Source of the DNA: a virus
Taxonomy: Duplodnaviria; Caudoviricetes
Length of the DNA: 64,000 nucleotides
Virus record (IMG/VR): IMGVR_UViG_3300017763_003980
Reading direction: 5' to 3' (one strand)
Program-made: the position numbers and the translations under genes
The notes under the pieces: model-generated
Databases searched by the model: none
Told to the model about the DNA's origin: nothing
What the model saw: only the letters and a program-made list of their open reading frames with translations
Shown here: positions 28,272-37,578 of the stretch, piece by piece
Layout of the letters: each line of letters begins with the position of its first letter
Numbering within the stretch: the stretch's first letter is position 1

Positions 28272-29801
28272 TTAGTTTAAGTCTACCCAAGCTGAGCCAG
28301 TATAGCCTTGGAATTTAGTGCCAGTACTATTAAAGATTATCATACCTGCAGCTGGTGTTGTTACAGCCGCTGACCTTGCAGTATCGTCAGCAACTACTTT
28401 AAGCTGGATTGCTCCACTAAATGATGCTACAGAATCTGTTTGTGCAATTTGTAGCACTACAGTTTGATCGCCATTTGCTGCTGAATTGTATAATTCAATA
28501 TTTGTTGGTATTCTGTTTGCCTCTGGAGCTGCCGAAGCAAGGAATCTAATACCTCCTGAGGCCCTATAAGCTGTACCGTTATATCCAGCTGCTGCATATG
28601 CTCCGAGTTGATCACCCGATTGTACTGCTGTTGGTGCAGCCTTTGTACCTCTAGATCTTAATGCACCATATGTACTTCCGTAGCCTGCATCAGAAGCATG
28701 AAATGTTCTTATTGTTGTTGTACCTTGTGTGACAGCGTCATTATAAACACCAAGTGTTCTGTTGTTGCCTGTGTCTGTAACACCGCCAACTTGTGAACTT
28801 CTGCCTAATACTATCGATCCAGCAGTATTTTCAGTAGTGATTGTAAAAACATTACTTTCAGTATTTTGCTCTAAGAACATTGTATTCTTACTAGTAGCTG
28901 AAGTTAGTTTAATATTGCCAGCTAGTACGCCTAATTGTGTACTAACTTGTCCAGTAATCTTATTGTTAATACCATCTACAAGTAATGAACTATCTTCACC
29001 AAACACACTACCGCTCATAGTACCAAGTAATTGACCATTTACAGTACCGTTAAATACTGCATTAAAACTATCTAATATCTTAGACGAGTCATCAGTTGAG
29101 CTGAATATATCACCTTGTATATCACCTAACCATTGGCCTGTAGCTTTATCAAATACCTTCCTTAAACCAAGATCAAAAATGTCACCTTGGAAATTACCAA
29201 TAATATCACCGGTAAACAATTTAGTAGTTGGATTATATGCTGTTGTTCCATCACCGGCTTCGATGGTCATATTTTTAACAGTGCTAGTACTTGTATCAAC
29301 TAGCTGGGTGCCATCAAGTTTGTATAAATCTCCGCCATATACATCGCCCATAAGTCTATTATTATCATGATCAACTAATAAACTACTATTGTTTCCTACA
29401 ATACTTAATCTAATCTGTGAGTCTTTTAATTGTTCAACTTTAAAGTTACTTCCATCATGTATCAGGATCTGACCCCAACCCGGGCCACCATCTGGATATA
29501 TTACATCGTCATGATTATTTAAATTGCCTAGTGTTGCACCTGCAGGGTTTACTGCTGTCCAATAGTTGTCGCTTGAAGACCATGCTAAAACTTGCCCATC
29601 ACTAATGCTACCCAGTGTAACATCATTTAAATCATTTAGTGATGATGCGCCACCGCCGCTTCCTTGTACTACAACACCGCCAGCAGTTGTACCATCACCA
29701 ACATATAACGACTTTGTATCAGTTGTGTAGATAAGTTCGCCCGCTGCTGGTGTAATAAGCTGACGCTCAGCGTTGGTACCTCGTCTTAGCCTTAATGCCA
29801 T
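28272..29801 (-). CDS. tail fibre / virion structural protein with Mtd_N-like N-terminus
   Basis: MALRLRRGT..ER....PAAGELIYTTDTKSLYVGDG, LNDLNDV repeats, G/T/S-rich, C-terminal GMIIFN...FQGY..SAWVDL. Confidence 0.7.
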   Translation of the reverse strand: MALRLRRGTNAERQLITPAAGELIYTTDTKSLYVGDGTTAGGVVVQGSGGGASSLNDLNDVTLGSISDGQVLAWSSSDNYWTAVNPAGATLGNLNNHDDVIYPDGGPGWGQILIHDGSNFKVEQLKDSQIRLSIVGNNSSLLVDHDNNRLMGDVYGGDLYKLDGTQLVDTSTSTVKNMTIEAGDGTTAYNPTTKLFTGDIIGNFQGDIFDLGLRKVFDKATGQWLGDIQGDIFSSTDDSSKILDSFNAVFNGTVNGQLLGTMSGSVFGEDSSLLVDGINNKITGQVSTQLGVLAGNIKLTSATSKNTMFLEQNTESNVFTITTENTAGSIVLGRSSQVGGVTDTGNNRTLGVYNDAVTQGTTTIRTFHASDAGYGSTYGALRSRGTKAAPTAVQSGDQLGAYAAAGYNGTAYRASGGIRFLASAAPEANRIPTNIELYNSAANGDQTVVLQIAQTDSVASFSGAIQLKVVADDTARSAAVTTPAAGMIIFNSTGTKFQGYTGSAWVDLN

Positions 29802-29833
29802 GTTTATAACTCCTGAAACTTATTTCTTATTAG

Positions 29834-29841
29834 TATTTATA
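29834..29841 (-). promoter_or_regulatory. T4-type late promoter TATAAATA
   Basis: Exact T4 late consensus upstream of the tail-fibre gene (AGGAG RBS). Confidence 0.65.
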
Positions 29842-29866
29842 CCTTTTTAAAGATAAACTATATTAA

Positions 29867-30181
29867 CTAAGATCTCTTCATAAAGGTTTTTGTATGAGAT
29901 TTTACATCATTTACAAGTGAGGGAGTATCTAACTTAAATTCTACTGTTTTAATTACATCATTAAATTCATTAAAAAACAAGTTTAGTGTTTCTTCTAAAT
30001 CAATTTCAGCAGATTCTTTCTTTTTCTTATCTTCGTCTAAATCTATTTGCCATTCTTTGCCGTCTTTAAAGACTACTTGTACTTTGGATATGTATTTGAT
30101 GGGTACTGCTTTGATTTCGATATGCTCAAAAACTTCAGGCCAGTAGTCGACAACTTCTGTAGGGAGTTTATTTTTAGACAC
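29867..30181 (-). CDS. hypothetical protein
   Basis: 104 aa ORF, GTG start, coupled to the upstream gene. Confidence 0.7.
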   Translation of the reverse strand: MSKNKLPTEVVDYWPEVFEHIEIKAVPIKYISKVQVVFKDGKEWQIDLDEDKKKKESAEIDLEETLNLFFNEFNDVIKTVEFKLDTPSLVNDVKSHTKTFMKRS

Positions 30182-30788
30182 TCTCTACGGTCTTTTTAGC
30201 AGTCTTCTTCTTTGTAGGAACTAGCTCTTCTGCCTGTTCTCTTAGAGCCTTTGCTTCTTTAAAAAGAGCATCTGCTTGTGACCTATATTGAGCTGCTAAA
30301 TCAGCATCACTTAAAACACCATCATTGCTTGCACCTGCTGCAACCTGTTCAGCACTCAAACTTGGATCTGTAGTTTCTGTAACAACTTCTGGTCTGTTTC
30401 CAGCTTCGTCAGCTAATGCTAAATCAGCAACAGTAACACCTTTTTGTTCTGCAATAACTTCGTTAAGTTCAGCAAGGCTTATTGATGTATTATTGTTAGG
30501 AGTCATTTCCACATCAGCTGATGCAACTTTCATCATTTTGCCTGTTGCATGGAATCGTGCTAGCATATTAGAACCGTCTGGTAGTTGTGTTCTTGCCATT
30601 ACAGTTGCAAATTCATCTGCTTCTTGTCCTGCTGATCCTTCAACAGTTTTAATAAGTGTGTCATGCTCTTCTGCCATTAAACTACTAGTGTCAACAATAA
30701 CACTTTGATCAGGCTCTCCTGGTACTACCCTATAAGCTACAACAACTCCTCTTTGATTTTTGGCCATTCGACCTACATGTTTTAACAT
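30174..30788 (-). CDS. hypothetical protein
   Basis: 204 aa ORF with RBS. Confidence 0.8.
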   Translation of the reverse strand: MLKHVGRMAKNQRGVVVAYRVVPGEPDQSVIVDTSSLMAEEHDTLIKTVEGSAGQEADEFATVMARTQLPDGSNMLARFHATGKMMKVASADVEMTPNNNTSISLAELNEVIAEQKGVTVADLALADEAGNRPEVVTETTDPSLSAEQVAAGASNDGVLSDADLAAQYRSQADALFKEAKALREQAEELVPTKKKTAKKTVESV

Positions 30789-30789
30789 A

Positions 30790-31065
30790 TTATGCTCCTT
30801 GTGGCTGTTCCTGTTGATTCTGGGAGACAGCTTCTAAAAATGCTTCTAATTTATTATAAGTTTGACCAACTGTCATCATTTCGTTAGGCTTAAATGCTCC
30901 GCGTTGACTAGCAACGTCGATTATGCTTCTTAATGCCTGAAGATCTTGTACAGTTAGATCAGGACCTGCTGGTGCTTGTTGCTGAGGTGCTTCTACAGGT
31001 TCTCCTGATAGTGCTGCCGCAACATCTGCAGAATCAACTGCGTCATTTACTTCATTCTCGCTCAT
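30790..31065 (-). CDS. hypothetical protein
   Basis: 91 aa ORF with AGGAG RBS. Confidence 0.75.
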   Translation of the reverse strand: MSENEVNDAVDSADVAAALSGEPVEAPQQQAPAGPDLTVQDLQALRSIIDVASQRGAFKPNEMMTVGQTYNKLEAFLEAVSQNQQEQPQGA

Positions 31066-31103
31066 AATTTCTTTCTCCTATATAATTAATTATGCGTAAA
31101 TTT

Positions 31104-31385
31104 TTAGGTATACTTTAAATGTGGACAAGCCAACATAAAGTAACTCATTTCTTTGGTTTCTTCGAAGCCAATAGTAATTACCTGATTAACTTTGTTGTCG
31201 TTATCTAAAGTGACTTTCCTACCAATATAATAACGGTTACGAAGATTAGAGTCAATCCAATTAGATAAACTTTCTTCTATATTATAAGATGATGGTAGAT
31301 TTACGTATTCAAAATAAGGAATAGGTGTTTTAACCTTCCTTATTCCAAATACATCATATGGATTTGGTTTTTTATTTTTTATCAT
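31104..31385 (-). CDS. hypothetical protein
   Basis: 93 aa ORF, ATGA overlap with the VWA gene. Confidence 0.7.
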   Translation of the reverse strand: MIKNKKPNPYDVFGIRKVKTPIPYFEYVNLPSSYNIEESLSNWIDSNLRNRYYIGRKVTLDNDNKVNQVITIGFEETKEMSYFMLACPHLKYT

Positions 31386-32740
31386 GCAGCTTCGTCATAG
31401 TGTGCAGTAACACCAAATGGTGCCTGCAAGTTTTTATCTCTATTACTGTGTATAACAAATACTGTATCACAGTAATCCTCATCGCCCCATGAGTCCCATG
31501 CATATCCATCTGTAAACATAAGGAACTTTTTAGGTTGAATGTCATTTTCTTTCATATAAGTCCAGTTAACCATAAAGTCAGTGCCGCCTCCACCTTTTAC
31601 TTCATAGTCTTCTAGACTATCTCCGCCATCTGCACTAAAGTCAGCTTCGTTATAAACTTCTGTATCGAAGCACCACAATTTAATATTGTAGTCTCTGTAT
31701 TCGTCCATAATGCCTTTTACTTCGCTTAAGAAGTCTTTGGCTTGCACATCACCAATTGAACCTGACATATCAATACAAATACATAGATCAATTGTTTCTT
31801 GAAAGTTCATTCCTGGAAGTATAGCACCAGTGTGCCAACCTTTTCTGCCTGGACGACTAAAAGTGTAATCATCACGTATAGTAGACTGTATCTGCTGACG
31901 TAGTATTTCACGCCAGTTCATTTTAGGCTCTGTAAGTTCTTTAATCATACGTTCAACACCTGCAGGAACATTACCAGCACCTGCACTCTGTGCCGCGGAA
32001 ATCATATTCTCTTTGATTTCGTCACGTATCTTTCTAAGCTCTTCGTCACTGTAAGTTGGACGACCTTTACCTTTTTGGGTTCCACCGTCACCGTTGGCAC
32101 TAGCGCCTTGGCCTTGTTCTTCTTCACCCGGATCTTTACCCCAGTCAACGTGTTCGTCAAGTAATTCACCAAGTTGTTTTAGTTCTTCTTCGTCATATTT
32201 CTTGTGAATATCATCATATACTTCTTCAGAAGTCCAATTTTCGTATTTAAAGTCTTGATAGCAATCAATAATCTTTGGTTTCTCTCCAATACGATCACGT
32301 ACTAATATATTGTTTACAATATAGTCAGCCGCGATATTATAAATTAATGCATCGCGATCTTCACGTCTAATAAGGTGATCAAAAACGCAATGTAATATTT
32401 CGTGTGCAATAACAAATTCAATTTCACGATTTGAAAGTGCATTAAAGAATTGGGTATTAAAGTATAAGTTTCTGCCATCAACTGCGGCAGTAGGGCACCA
32501 GTCATCTGCACATTGTATTCTAAGGCGTGTTGCCATGTTACCAAAAAATGGATGTCTAAGGAGTAAGCCTACACGAGCAACAATAATTCTATCTTGGACG
32601 TCTTCACGCATTGTGTCCAATTCTGCTTCAGTAAGATCTGGGTTAGGTTGCCAATGTTTTTTACCTGCAACATTATAAATTGGAGCATGTAAATTAACTA
32701 AATCGGAATAGTGTGTTTCTATTTGTGCCAGTGCGTTCAT
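31382..32740 (-). CDS. VWA-domain protein with N-terminal HExxH metallopeptidase-like domain (DUF2201-like)
   Basis: IAHEILH; CIDMSGS (MIDAS DxSxS), GGGGTDF, FTDGY. Confidence 0.85.
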   Translation of the reverse strand: MNALAQIETHYSDLVNLHAPIYNVAGKKHWQPNPDLTEAELDTMREDVQDRIIVARVGLLLRHPFFGNMATRLRIQCADDWCPTAAVDGRNLYFNTQFFNALSNREIEFVIAHEILHCVFDHLIRREDRDALIYNIAADYIVNNILVRDRIGEKPKIIDCYQDFKYENWTSEEVYDDIHKKYDEEELKQLGELLDEHVDWGKDPGEEEQGQGASANGDGGTQKGKGRPTYSDEELRKIRDEIKENMISAAQSAGAGNVPAGVERMIKELTEPKMNWREILRQQIQSTIRDDYTFSRPGRKGWHTGAILPGMNFQETIDLCICIDMSGSIGDVQAKDFLSEVKGIMDEYRDYNIKLWCFDTEVYNEADFSADGGDSLEDYEVKGGGGTDFMVNWTYMKENDIQPKKFLMFTDGYAWDSWGDEDYCDTVFVIHSNRDKNLQAPFGVTAHYDEAA

Positions 32741-32775
32741 TGTGCTTATACCCTCTTTTCTAACTTTATATACTT

Positions 32776-32803
32776 ATTATAACATCTATACATAGTTTGT
32801 CAA
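32776..32803 (-). promoter_or_regulatory. sigma70-type promoter
   Basis: TTGACA-N16-TATAAT upstream of the VWA gene. Confidence 0.7.
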
Positions 32804-32812
32804 CCGAAAAGA

Positions 32813-32838
32813 ATGGAGGGGGCGTTAACCCCCTCCAT
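32813..32838 (-). terminator. Rho-independent terminator after the MoxR gene
   Basis: 10-bp stem ATGGAGGGGG/CCCCCTCCAT, 6-nt loop, followed by TCTTTT on the minus strand. Confidence 0.8.
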
Positions 32839-32845
32839 AATTACA

Positions 32846-33937
32846 TTAAACGCCTTGTGCGGCCTTAATGTATTTGCCATAACGCTCGTGGAATTCATCA
32901 AAACAATCCACTTCGTCTGGATCAATGGGTAATGCATACTGTGTAAGTGCGAGCTTAATGCCCATAACCACTAGTTCAGTATCGAAGTTATCCATTGCAA
33001 ATCGCAGGAAGTTATTGACTTTAGAGTCGAACTTCTTATCACCTTTATCACAAGCTTCTTTCAGCTCGTAGCATAATGACACAGTGAGGGAATACATAGC
33101 ACTGATTTCTTTACTGGTCATTTCAGTGACTTTGCCTGCGAGTATTTCAGTTGGATTGGGCATTTCGCTAGCTACTTTACGGTGTGCCATAAATTTAACT
33201 GCTAGTCCTTCACCAACTGCACCACTAACCAAATCGGTTAATGTGGTTTCGTCAATGTCGTCATCCAATAATTCGGATACAAACGACCATGAACGAGGTG
33301 TTGCAAACGAACGACTTGGACTTTTTGGATCAAAGTCATACAAGTCTTTCTTTGCAAATGTCAAGTAACCAACAACGTCTTGGTGCTGATTATTATTTAC
33401 TGACCACTGGAACCAATCATCCCAACCAACTACAAGTTCTAAGTGGATAAATCTGTTAGCTAACGGAGCAGGCATTCTGTAAGTAACGCCCTTGTCAGCT
33501 TCTCTATTACCAGCTGCAATAATTAAAACATTGTCTGGAAGCTTGTATTGTCCAATACGTCTGTTAAGAATAAGCTGATATGCAGCCGCTTGCACACTAG
33601 GCGCAGCTGAATTCATTTCGTCTAAGAAAAGAACAACCCAATCAAATTGTGCCGCAAACTCTTCACTTGGAAGTTCTGCAGGAGGTGCCCAAACCATTGT
33701 ACCTGCATTACTATCAAAATACGGAATACCTTTAATATCTGTAGGTTCCCATAGTGATAATCGAATGTCAATCAAATGACTGTTACCTAAGTCATTTGTA
33801 ATTTGTCCAACAATGTCGGATTTACCAATGCCTGGAGGCCCCCATAAGAAGATTGGACGCTTCTTTTTCAAAGCGACATTAATGCTCTTCTTTGCTTTAT
33901 TTGGTGTTACGGTTCTAAGTGCTGTTGCAGTTTCCAT
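32846..33937 (-). CDS. MoxR-type AAA+ ATPase
   Basis: WGPPGIGKS Walker A, LFLDEMN Walker B, AAGNR, LANRF. Confidence 0.88.
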   Translation of the reverse strand: METATALRTVTPNKAKKSINVALKKKRPIFLWGPPGIGKSDIVGQITNDLGNSHLIDIRLSLWEPTDIKGIPYFDSNAGTMVWAPPAELPSEEFAAQFDWVVLFLDEMNSAAPSVQAAAYQLILNRRIGQYKLPDNVLIIAAGNREADKGVTYRMPAPLANRFIHLELVVGWDDWFQWSVNNNQHQDVVGYLTFAKKDLYDFDPKSPSRSFATPRSWSFVSELLDDDIDETTLTDLVSGAVGEGLAVKFMAHRKVASEMPNPTEILAGKVTEMTSKEISAMYSLTVSLCYELKEACDKGDKKFDSKVNNFLRFAMDNFDTELVVMGIKLALTQYALPIDPDEVDCFDEFHERYGKYIKAAQGV

Positions 33938-34000
33938 CTTGTGTTTCCCTCTTATCTGTTATCAAGTAAGTTATCAGTGCTAATTTCTAACTATACATAT

Positions 34001-34028
34001 AGTATAGCACCTTTTAAGGAAATGTCAA
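34001..34028 (-). promoter_or_regulatory. sigma70-type promoter
   Basis: TTGACA-N16-TATACT with TGn; upstream of MoxR. Confidence 0.7.
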
Positions 34029-34038
34029 CCAGAAAATG

Positions 34039-34698
34039 CTATTTTTTTGAAAAAAGATTGGAAATATCTTGGGCAGATAGTGTATTAAAGTCGACTCCTA
34101 CATTAATACGTAGACTGTTTGGATTGGATTTTTGCACACTATGCCACTCAAAATGATTAAAAATTAACCATTTATCTTCTACTAATTGTGCTTGATCTGC
34201 TACTTCTAACTTAGTTACATCAGGAATGCGATATTCGTCTACTACTTTAAAGTCTTCTGTGTTCTTCCACCATGTAGTAGTCTCTTGGTCGCCTTGTAGT
34301 AGCTTAAAAATACTTGCTTTTCGATAGTGTCCTTTGTGTGGATATAACATAGTTCCGCCTGTGCTAACTTGTAGAATTGGAACCATTTCGTCTCTACCAA
34401 GTTCTTTTAAAAATTCAGGTAGACTATCTATCAGTTCATCTGCTAGATCATCTGGTAAACTGTATTGACTAAATTCTAGTCTAGTAGCATCTGGAAACTT
34501 GCGAAGCATTAATAGCTTGCGCCGCATTAGTTCTTTGGCATCGCGTACTCCGACAATAGCTTCCATTTCTTTTATTGTACTACTGTGGCTTAGTTTCCTC
34601 CATGCAGGGTTTCGTAATATAAATTTATCAAGAGGAGTATTTTTTATTTTATTACAGATATTTGTAGAAAAATCAGTTTCAATATATTCGTAATACAT
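34039..34698 (-). CDS. cupin/2OG-Fe(II)-like protein with HxG motif
   Basis: GGTMLYPHKGH ... FNHFEWHSV, RINVGVDF; same layout as neighbouring oxygenases but Gly at the carboxylate position. Confidence 0.5.
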   Translation of the reverse strand: MYYEYIETDFSTNICNKIKNTPLDKFILRNPAWRKLSHSSTIKEMEAIVGVRDAKELMRRKLLMLRKFPDATRLEFSQYSLPDDLADELIDSLPEFLKELGRDEMVPILQVSTGGTMLYPHKGHYRKASIFKLLQGDQETTTWWKNTEDFKVVDEYRIPDVTKLEVADQAQLVEDKWLIFNHFEWHSVQKSNPNSLRINVGVDFNTLSAQDISNLFSKK

Positions 34699-35318
34699 TA
34701 TTCTTGATCCATAAATGAATTAAATCTTATGTTAAAGCTAAGGCTTATTCGTTCGTGATCAGTTTTATTAGTAGCAGTTTGATGTTCTATCATTCCTGGC
34801 CAAAGATATAATGCACCTACTTCTGGCATAATAAGTTTATCTGGATTTATCATTGACATTACATAATTACTCTGCAACATTACATTAGGATTGCGTAAAC
34901 TAAGTTCACCATCTTGATTATTTGATTGTACATAATACACGCCAGCTATATCAGCATCACCATGGGAATGAAGATGGGCATGTTGTCCTTTTTTAGTTTT
35001 AGTGAACCAACTTGCAGTAATTCTATAATTAGGATGTTTACTTAAATTGTTTGAAACTTCTGAATTAGGAAGTGTATTAAGATATTGCTTGATACAAAAG
35101 TCTAAATGTCGTAAAAAATTATTACACTCATTTTTAGTAAGAATACATTCATTAAACGGATTTTCACTTAGTTCATGTGTATTACTAGTCCAGTGTCTAT
35201 TTTGTGCAAACTTTACACTATCACAAGCCTCAAATAATTCTTTCTGGACTATATCTAATCCAGAGCCTTCTAGCATTTTTCTATAAATAGGAATACCAAA
35301 GAGTTCTATAGTATGCAT
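34698..35318 (-). CDS. putative 2OG-Fe(II) oxygenase (TIGR02466-like)
   Basis: HLHSH...IAGVYYV, LYLWPG.IEH, RISLSFN. Confidence 0.8.
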   Translation of the reverse strand: MHTIELFGIPIYRKMLEGSGLDIVQKELFEACDSVKFAQNRHWTSNTHELSENPFNECILTKNECNNFLRHLDFCIKQYLNTLPNSEVSNNLSKHPNYRITASWFTKTKKGQHAHLHSHGDADIAGVYYVQSNNQDGELSLRNPNVMLQSNYVMSMINPDKLIMPEVGALYLWPGMIEHQTATNKTDHERISLSFNIRFNSFMDQE

Positions 35319-35824
35319 TATATAGCCTCCAAGCTTGGTAGTTGTCCTGTAATTTGTAATGTATAACGGTCTTTAAGACCAAGATTAGCTGCAGAATGTT
35401 CACAAAAAGCGTCAAATAAAACAAATTCTCCGCGTTTGTAATTTACAATAGCACGATGCTCGATATCAAAATAATGTCCAGGCTCCCAATCTTGAAGCAC
35501 AACTACAGCTCTCCATACTTTGGATTTTTCTACATTAAATATTTTTTGGTAAGTATTAAAATGATCTGTGTGTCTTGGCATTATATCACCTGTAGACATT
35601 TTATAAAATGTAAATCCACAATTTGACAAGCCAATTTTTTCTGCTATTTTGTTAAGCCAGATATAGTTTTCTTTTACTACATGCATTGCACCAGTAAAAC
35701 TAGTATGAGTATAACCTTGTCTTTTCCAATCTGTTATATCATATTCGTATGCTGAACGTTTTTCGTATGCTAAATTTTTATATTCGTTATAGACGGGAAG
35801 TTCTACTTGTCCTTGAAACCACAT
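35318..35824 (-). CDS. 2OG-Fe(II) oxygenase-like protein
   Basis: MPRHTD ... EHSAANLG, RYTLQITG. Confidence 0.7.
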   Translation of the reverse strand: MWFQGQVELPVYNEYKNLAYEKRSAYEYDITDWKRQGYTHTSFTGAMHVVKENYIWLNKIAEKIGLSNCGFTFYKMSTGDIMPRHTDHFNTYQKIFNVEKSKVWRAVVVLQDWEPGHYFDIEHRAIVNYKRGEFVLFDAFCEHSAANLGLKDRYTLQITGQLPSLEAI

Positions 35825-36213
35825 TATTCACCTTTCTCTGTTGATCTTGACATTGCTTTAGTAAGTCCATATTTTCTTAAATCTCCCGAAAAAAGAGTTA
35901 GTTCGACTGCTTTCTTTTCATTAGTAACTATAATAGATCGAGGACTAATGTAATATGGACAATCTATAAATTTATCTAGGAATATAATTACTTGGGTAGT
36001 TAATGGCATATCTTTTGGATAAGGAACATCGTATGTTGCTAAGTCTATTTCATTAACTACTTCAAATCCTAGATCTGTTAATCGTAAACCGCTTGCTCCT
36101 TTGTTTCTAGTGTTCTTCCACCATAGTGGCATGAACTCTTTTATTGTCAATTCGTTTGCACTTTTACCTTGTTCTTTTAAAAAGATCTTAGTATATGCTT
36201 CTTTCCAGTTCAT
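35824..36213 (-). CDS. hypothetical protein
   Basis: 129 aa ORF with coupled overlaps. Confidence 0.75.
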   Translation of the reverse strand: MNWKEAYTKIFLKEQGKSANELTIKEFMPLWWKNTRNKGASGLRLTDLGFEVVNEIDLATYDVPYPKDMPLTTQVIIFLDKFIDCPYYISPRSIIVTNEKKAVELTLFSGDLRKYGLTKAMSRSTEKGE

Positions 36214-36500
36214 TCTTCAATAACTACTTCGCCGTCTGTTAATCTATAAACAGCAAACTCTTCACTTGAAAACATATCGTTTAGTTTTTTAGCTAGATTA
36301 TGTGCATGGCCTGGGTTGGAAAAAGAAACTTTCTTGTATTTCGGACCTGGGTAGTTAGTCAGCATGTTTGCACTTTTTAAATTAAAAGGTTTATCTTTAT
36401 AAAAAACTGCCCAAATAGCTTCAGCTTCTAACACTTGATCTGACTTATAATTATCGTTATTAATATGCTCCAATATCACTGTGGGTTTTGGTCTGCTCAT
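36210..36500 (-). CDS. hypothetical protein
   Basis: 96 aa ORF with GAGGA RBS. Confidence 0.8.
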   Translation of the reverse strand: MSRPKPTVILEHINNDNYKSDQVLEAEAIWAVFYKDKPFNLKSANMLTNYPGPKYKKVSFSNPGHAHNLAKKLNDMFSSEEFAVYRLTDGEVVIEE

Positions 36501-36535
36501 ATGCGTATCCTCTTATTAACTACGCATATATTTAT
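36499..36535 (-). promoter_or_regulatory. late-promoter-like box overlapping an RBS/start-codon hairpin
   Basis: ATAAATA (36529-36535); 9-bp inverted repeat ATATGCGTA/TACGCATAT enclosing the SD and pairing the AU of AUG. Confidence 0.6.
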
Positions 36536-36547
36536 CTCTTTTAGAAG

Positions 36548-37345
36548 TTAAGTACCTATATATCCTCCAGCAAAGTCATAGTAAAAATATTGTGTACCTG
36601 TTCGAGGAACATTTGTTACCCATTCTCCGTTTATTATTACTCCACTTTCACTACTAGTTTTGCCATGATATTCTTCGCCAGTCATATGTATGCTATTATC
36701 TACAGTAAAGATAGGAATTTGTGAAGCTCTAGACAATAATCTAAAATGTGCATCGTGCCACCTTTCGAAGTATTCATCTTCATCGTTACCTCTATTGCCG
36801 TTTGTACTATGTATAAAGAGACCTACGCCGCCCGTTTTTTGTGCTTCATTTATAATACATTTTCCACCTAACCAACTGTGTCCCCATAGATCATTACATA
36901 TTAATCCAACTATTGGTATATTACACTTTTCTGTAGTCAACCAATGAATTCGAATGCCATCCTTTTCTAAGTCATTAGGTAATGATGCATCGTGTTCGAT
37001 AATATGACTTTTATTAGTTACACCAATTAATTCACCATTATTATAAAAACGTATTTGGTTCCTTCTAACTCTTCCAAAATATTCATCTTCTTGCCACATT
37101 GTTCCTAAACAAAGACCTACTTTTTTCTCTGCGGAATATTTTTCTATTTCTGTAAGGGCGGCTTGTACATCCTCAAAGTTATAATATGGCACATACCCAC
37201 TAAGACTTCCTTCAGGAGTAACTAAGTAATCAACTTTATTTTCAGAAGCCCAATCAATTGCAGTTTTTATGGTGATAATATTTTTTTGTATATCTGCTCT
37301 TACTGGAATTTGTGCTCCGCCGATACGTATTGATCTTACTTCCAT
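36548..37345 (-). CDS. carbon-nitrogen hydrolase (nitrilase superfamily)
   Basis: Catalytic triad motifs VTPEG, NKSH, LICNDLW. Confidence 0.85.
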   Translation of the reverse strand: MEVRSIRIGGAQIPVRADIQKNIITIKTAIDWASENKVDYLVTPEGSLSGYVPYYNFEDVQAALTEIEKYSAEKKVGLCLGTMWQEDEYFGRVRRNQIRFYNNGELIGVTNKSHIIEHDASLPNDLEKDGIRIHWLTTEKCNIPIVGLICNDLWGHSWLGGKCIINEAQKTGGVGLFIHSTNGNRGNDEDEYFERWHDAHFRLLSRASQIPIFTVDNSIHMTGEEYHGKTSSESGVIINGEWVTNVPRTGTQYFYYDFAGGYIGT

Positions 37346-37578
37346 CCAGACCCGCCATCAAGATTTATTTCTATTTTTTCATCTGATTGGCTACTTTGTG
37401 ATACTAATTTTTCCAAGTCGCCTTCTAATCTACTCATTACAATTCCTAATGTAAAAGCTAAATTTTTGGCTGTTGCAATATCTATTTTAATTTCTCTAGA
37501 TTGACTAGATTCAGCACTCTTTACCTGTTGAATAAAAAGTTGTAAAGGTATTGTGTTTAATGGCTCAACGGTTTGCAA
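37336..37578 (-). CDS. hypothetical protein
   Basis: 80 aa ORF, coupled. Confidence 0.7.
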   Translation of the reverse strand: MQTVEPLNTIPLQLFIQQVKSAESSQSREIKIDIATAKNLAFTLGIVMSRLEGDLEKLVSQSSQSDEKIEINLDGGSGWK

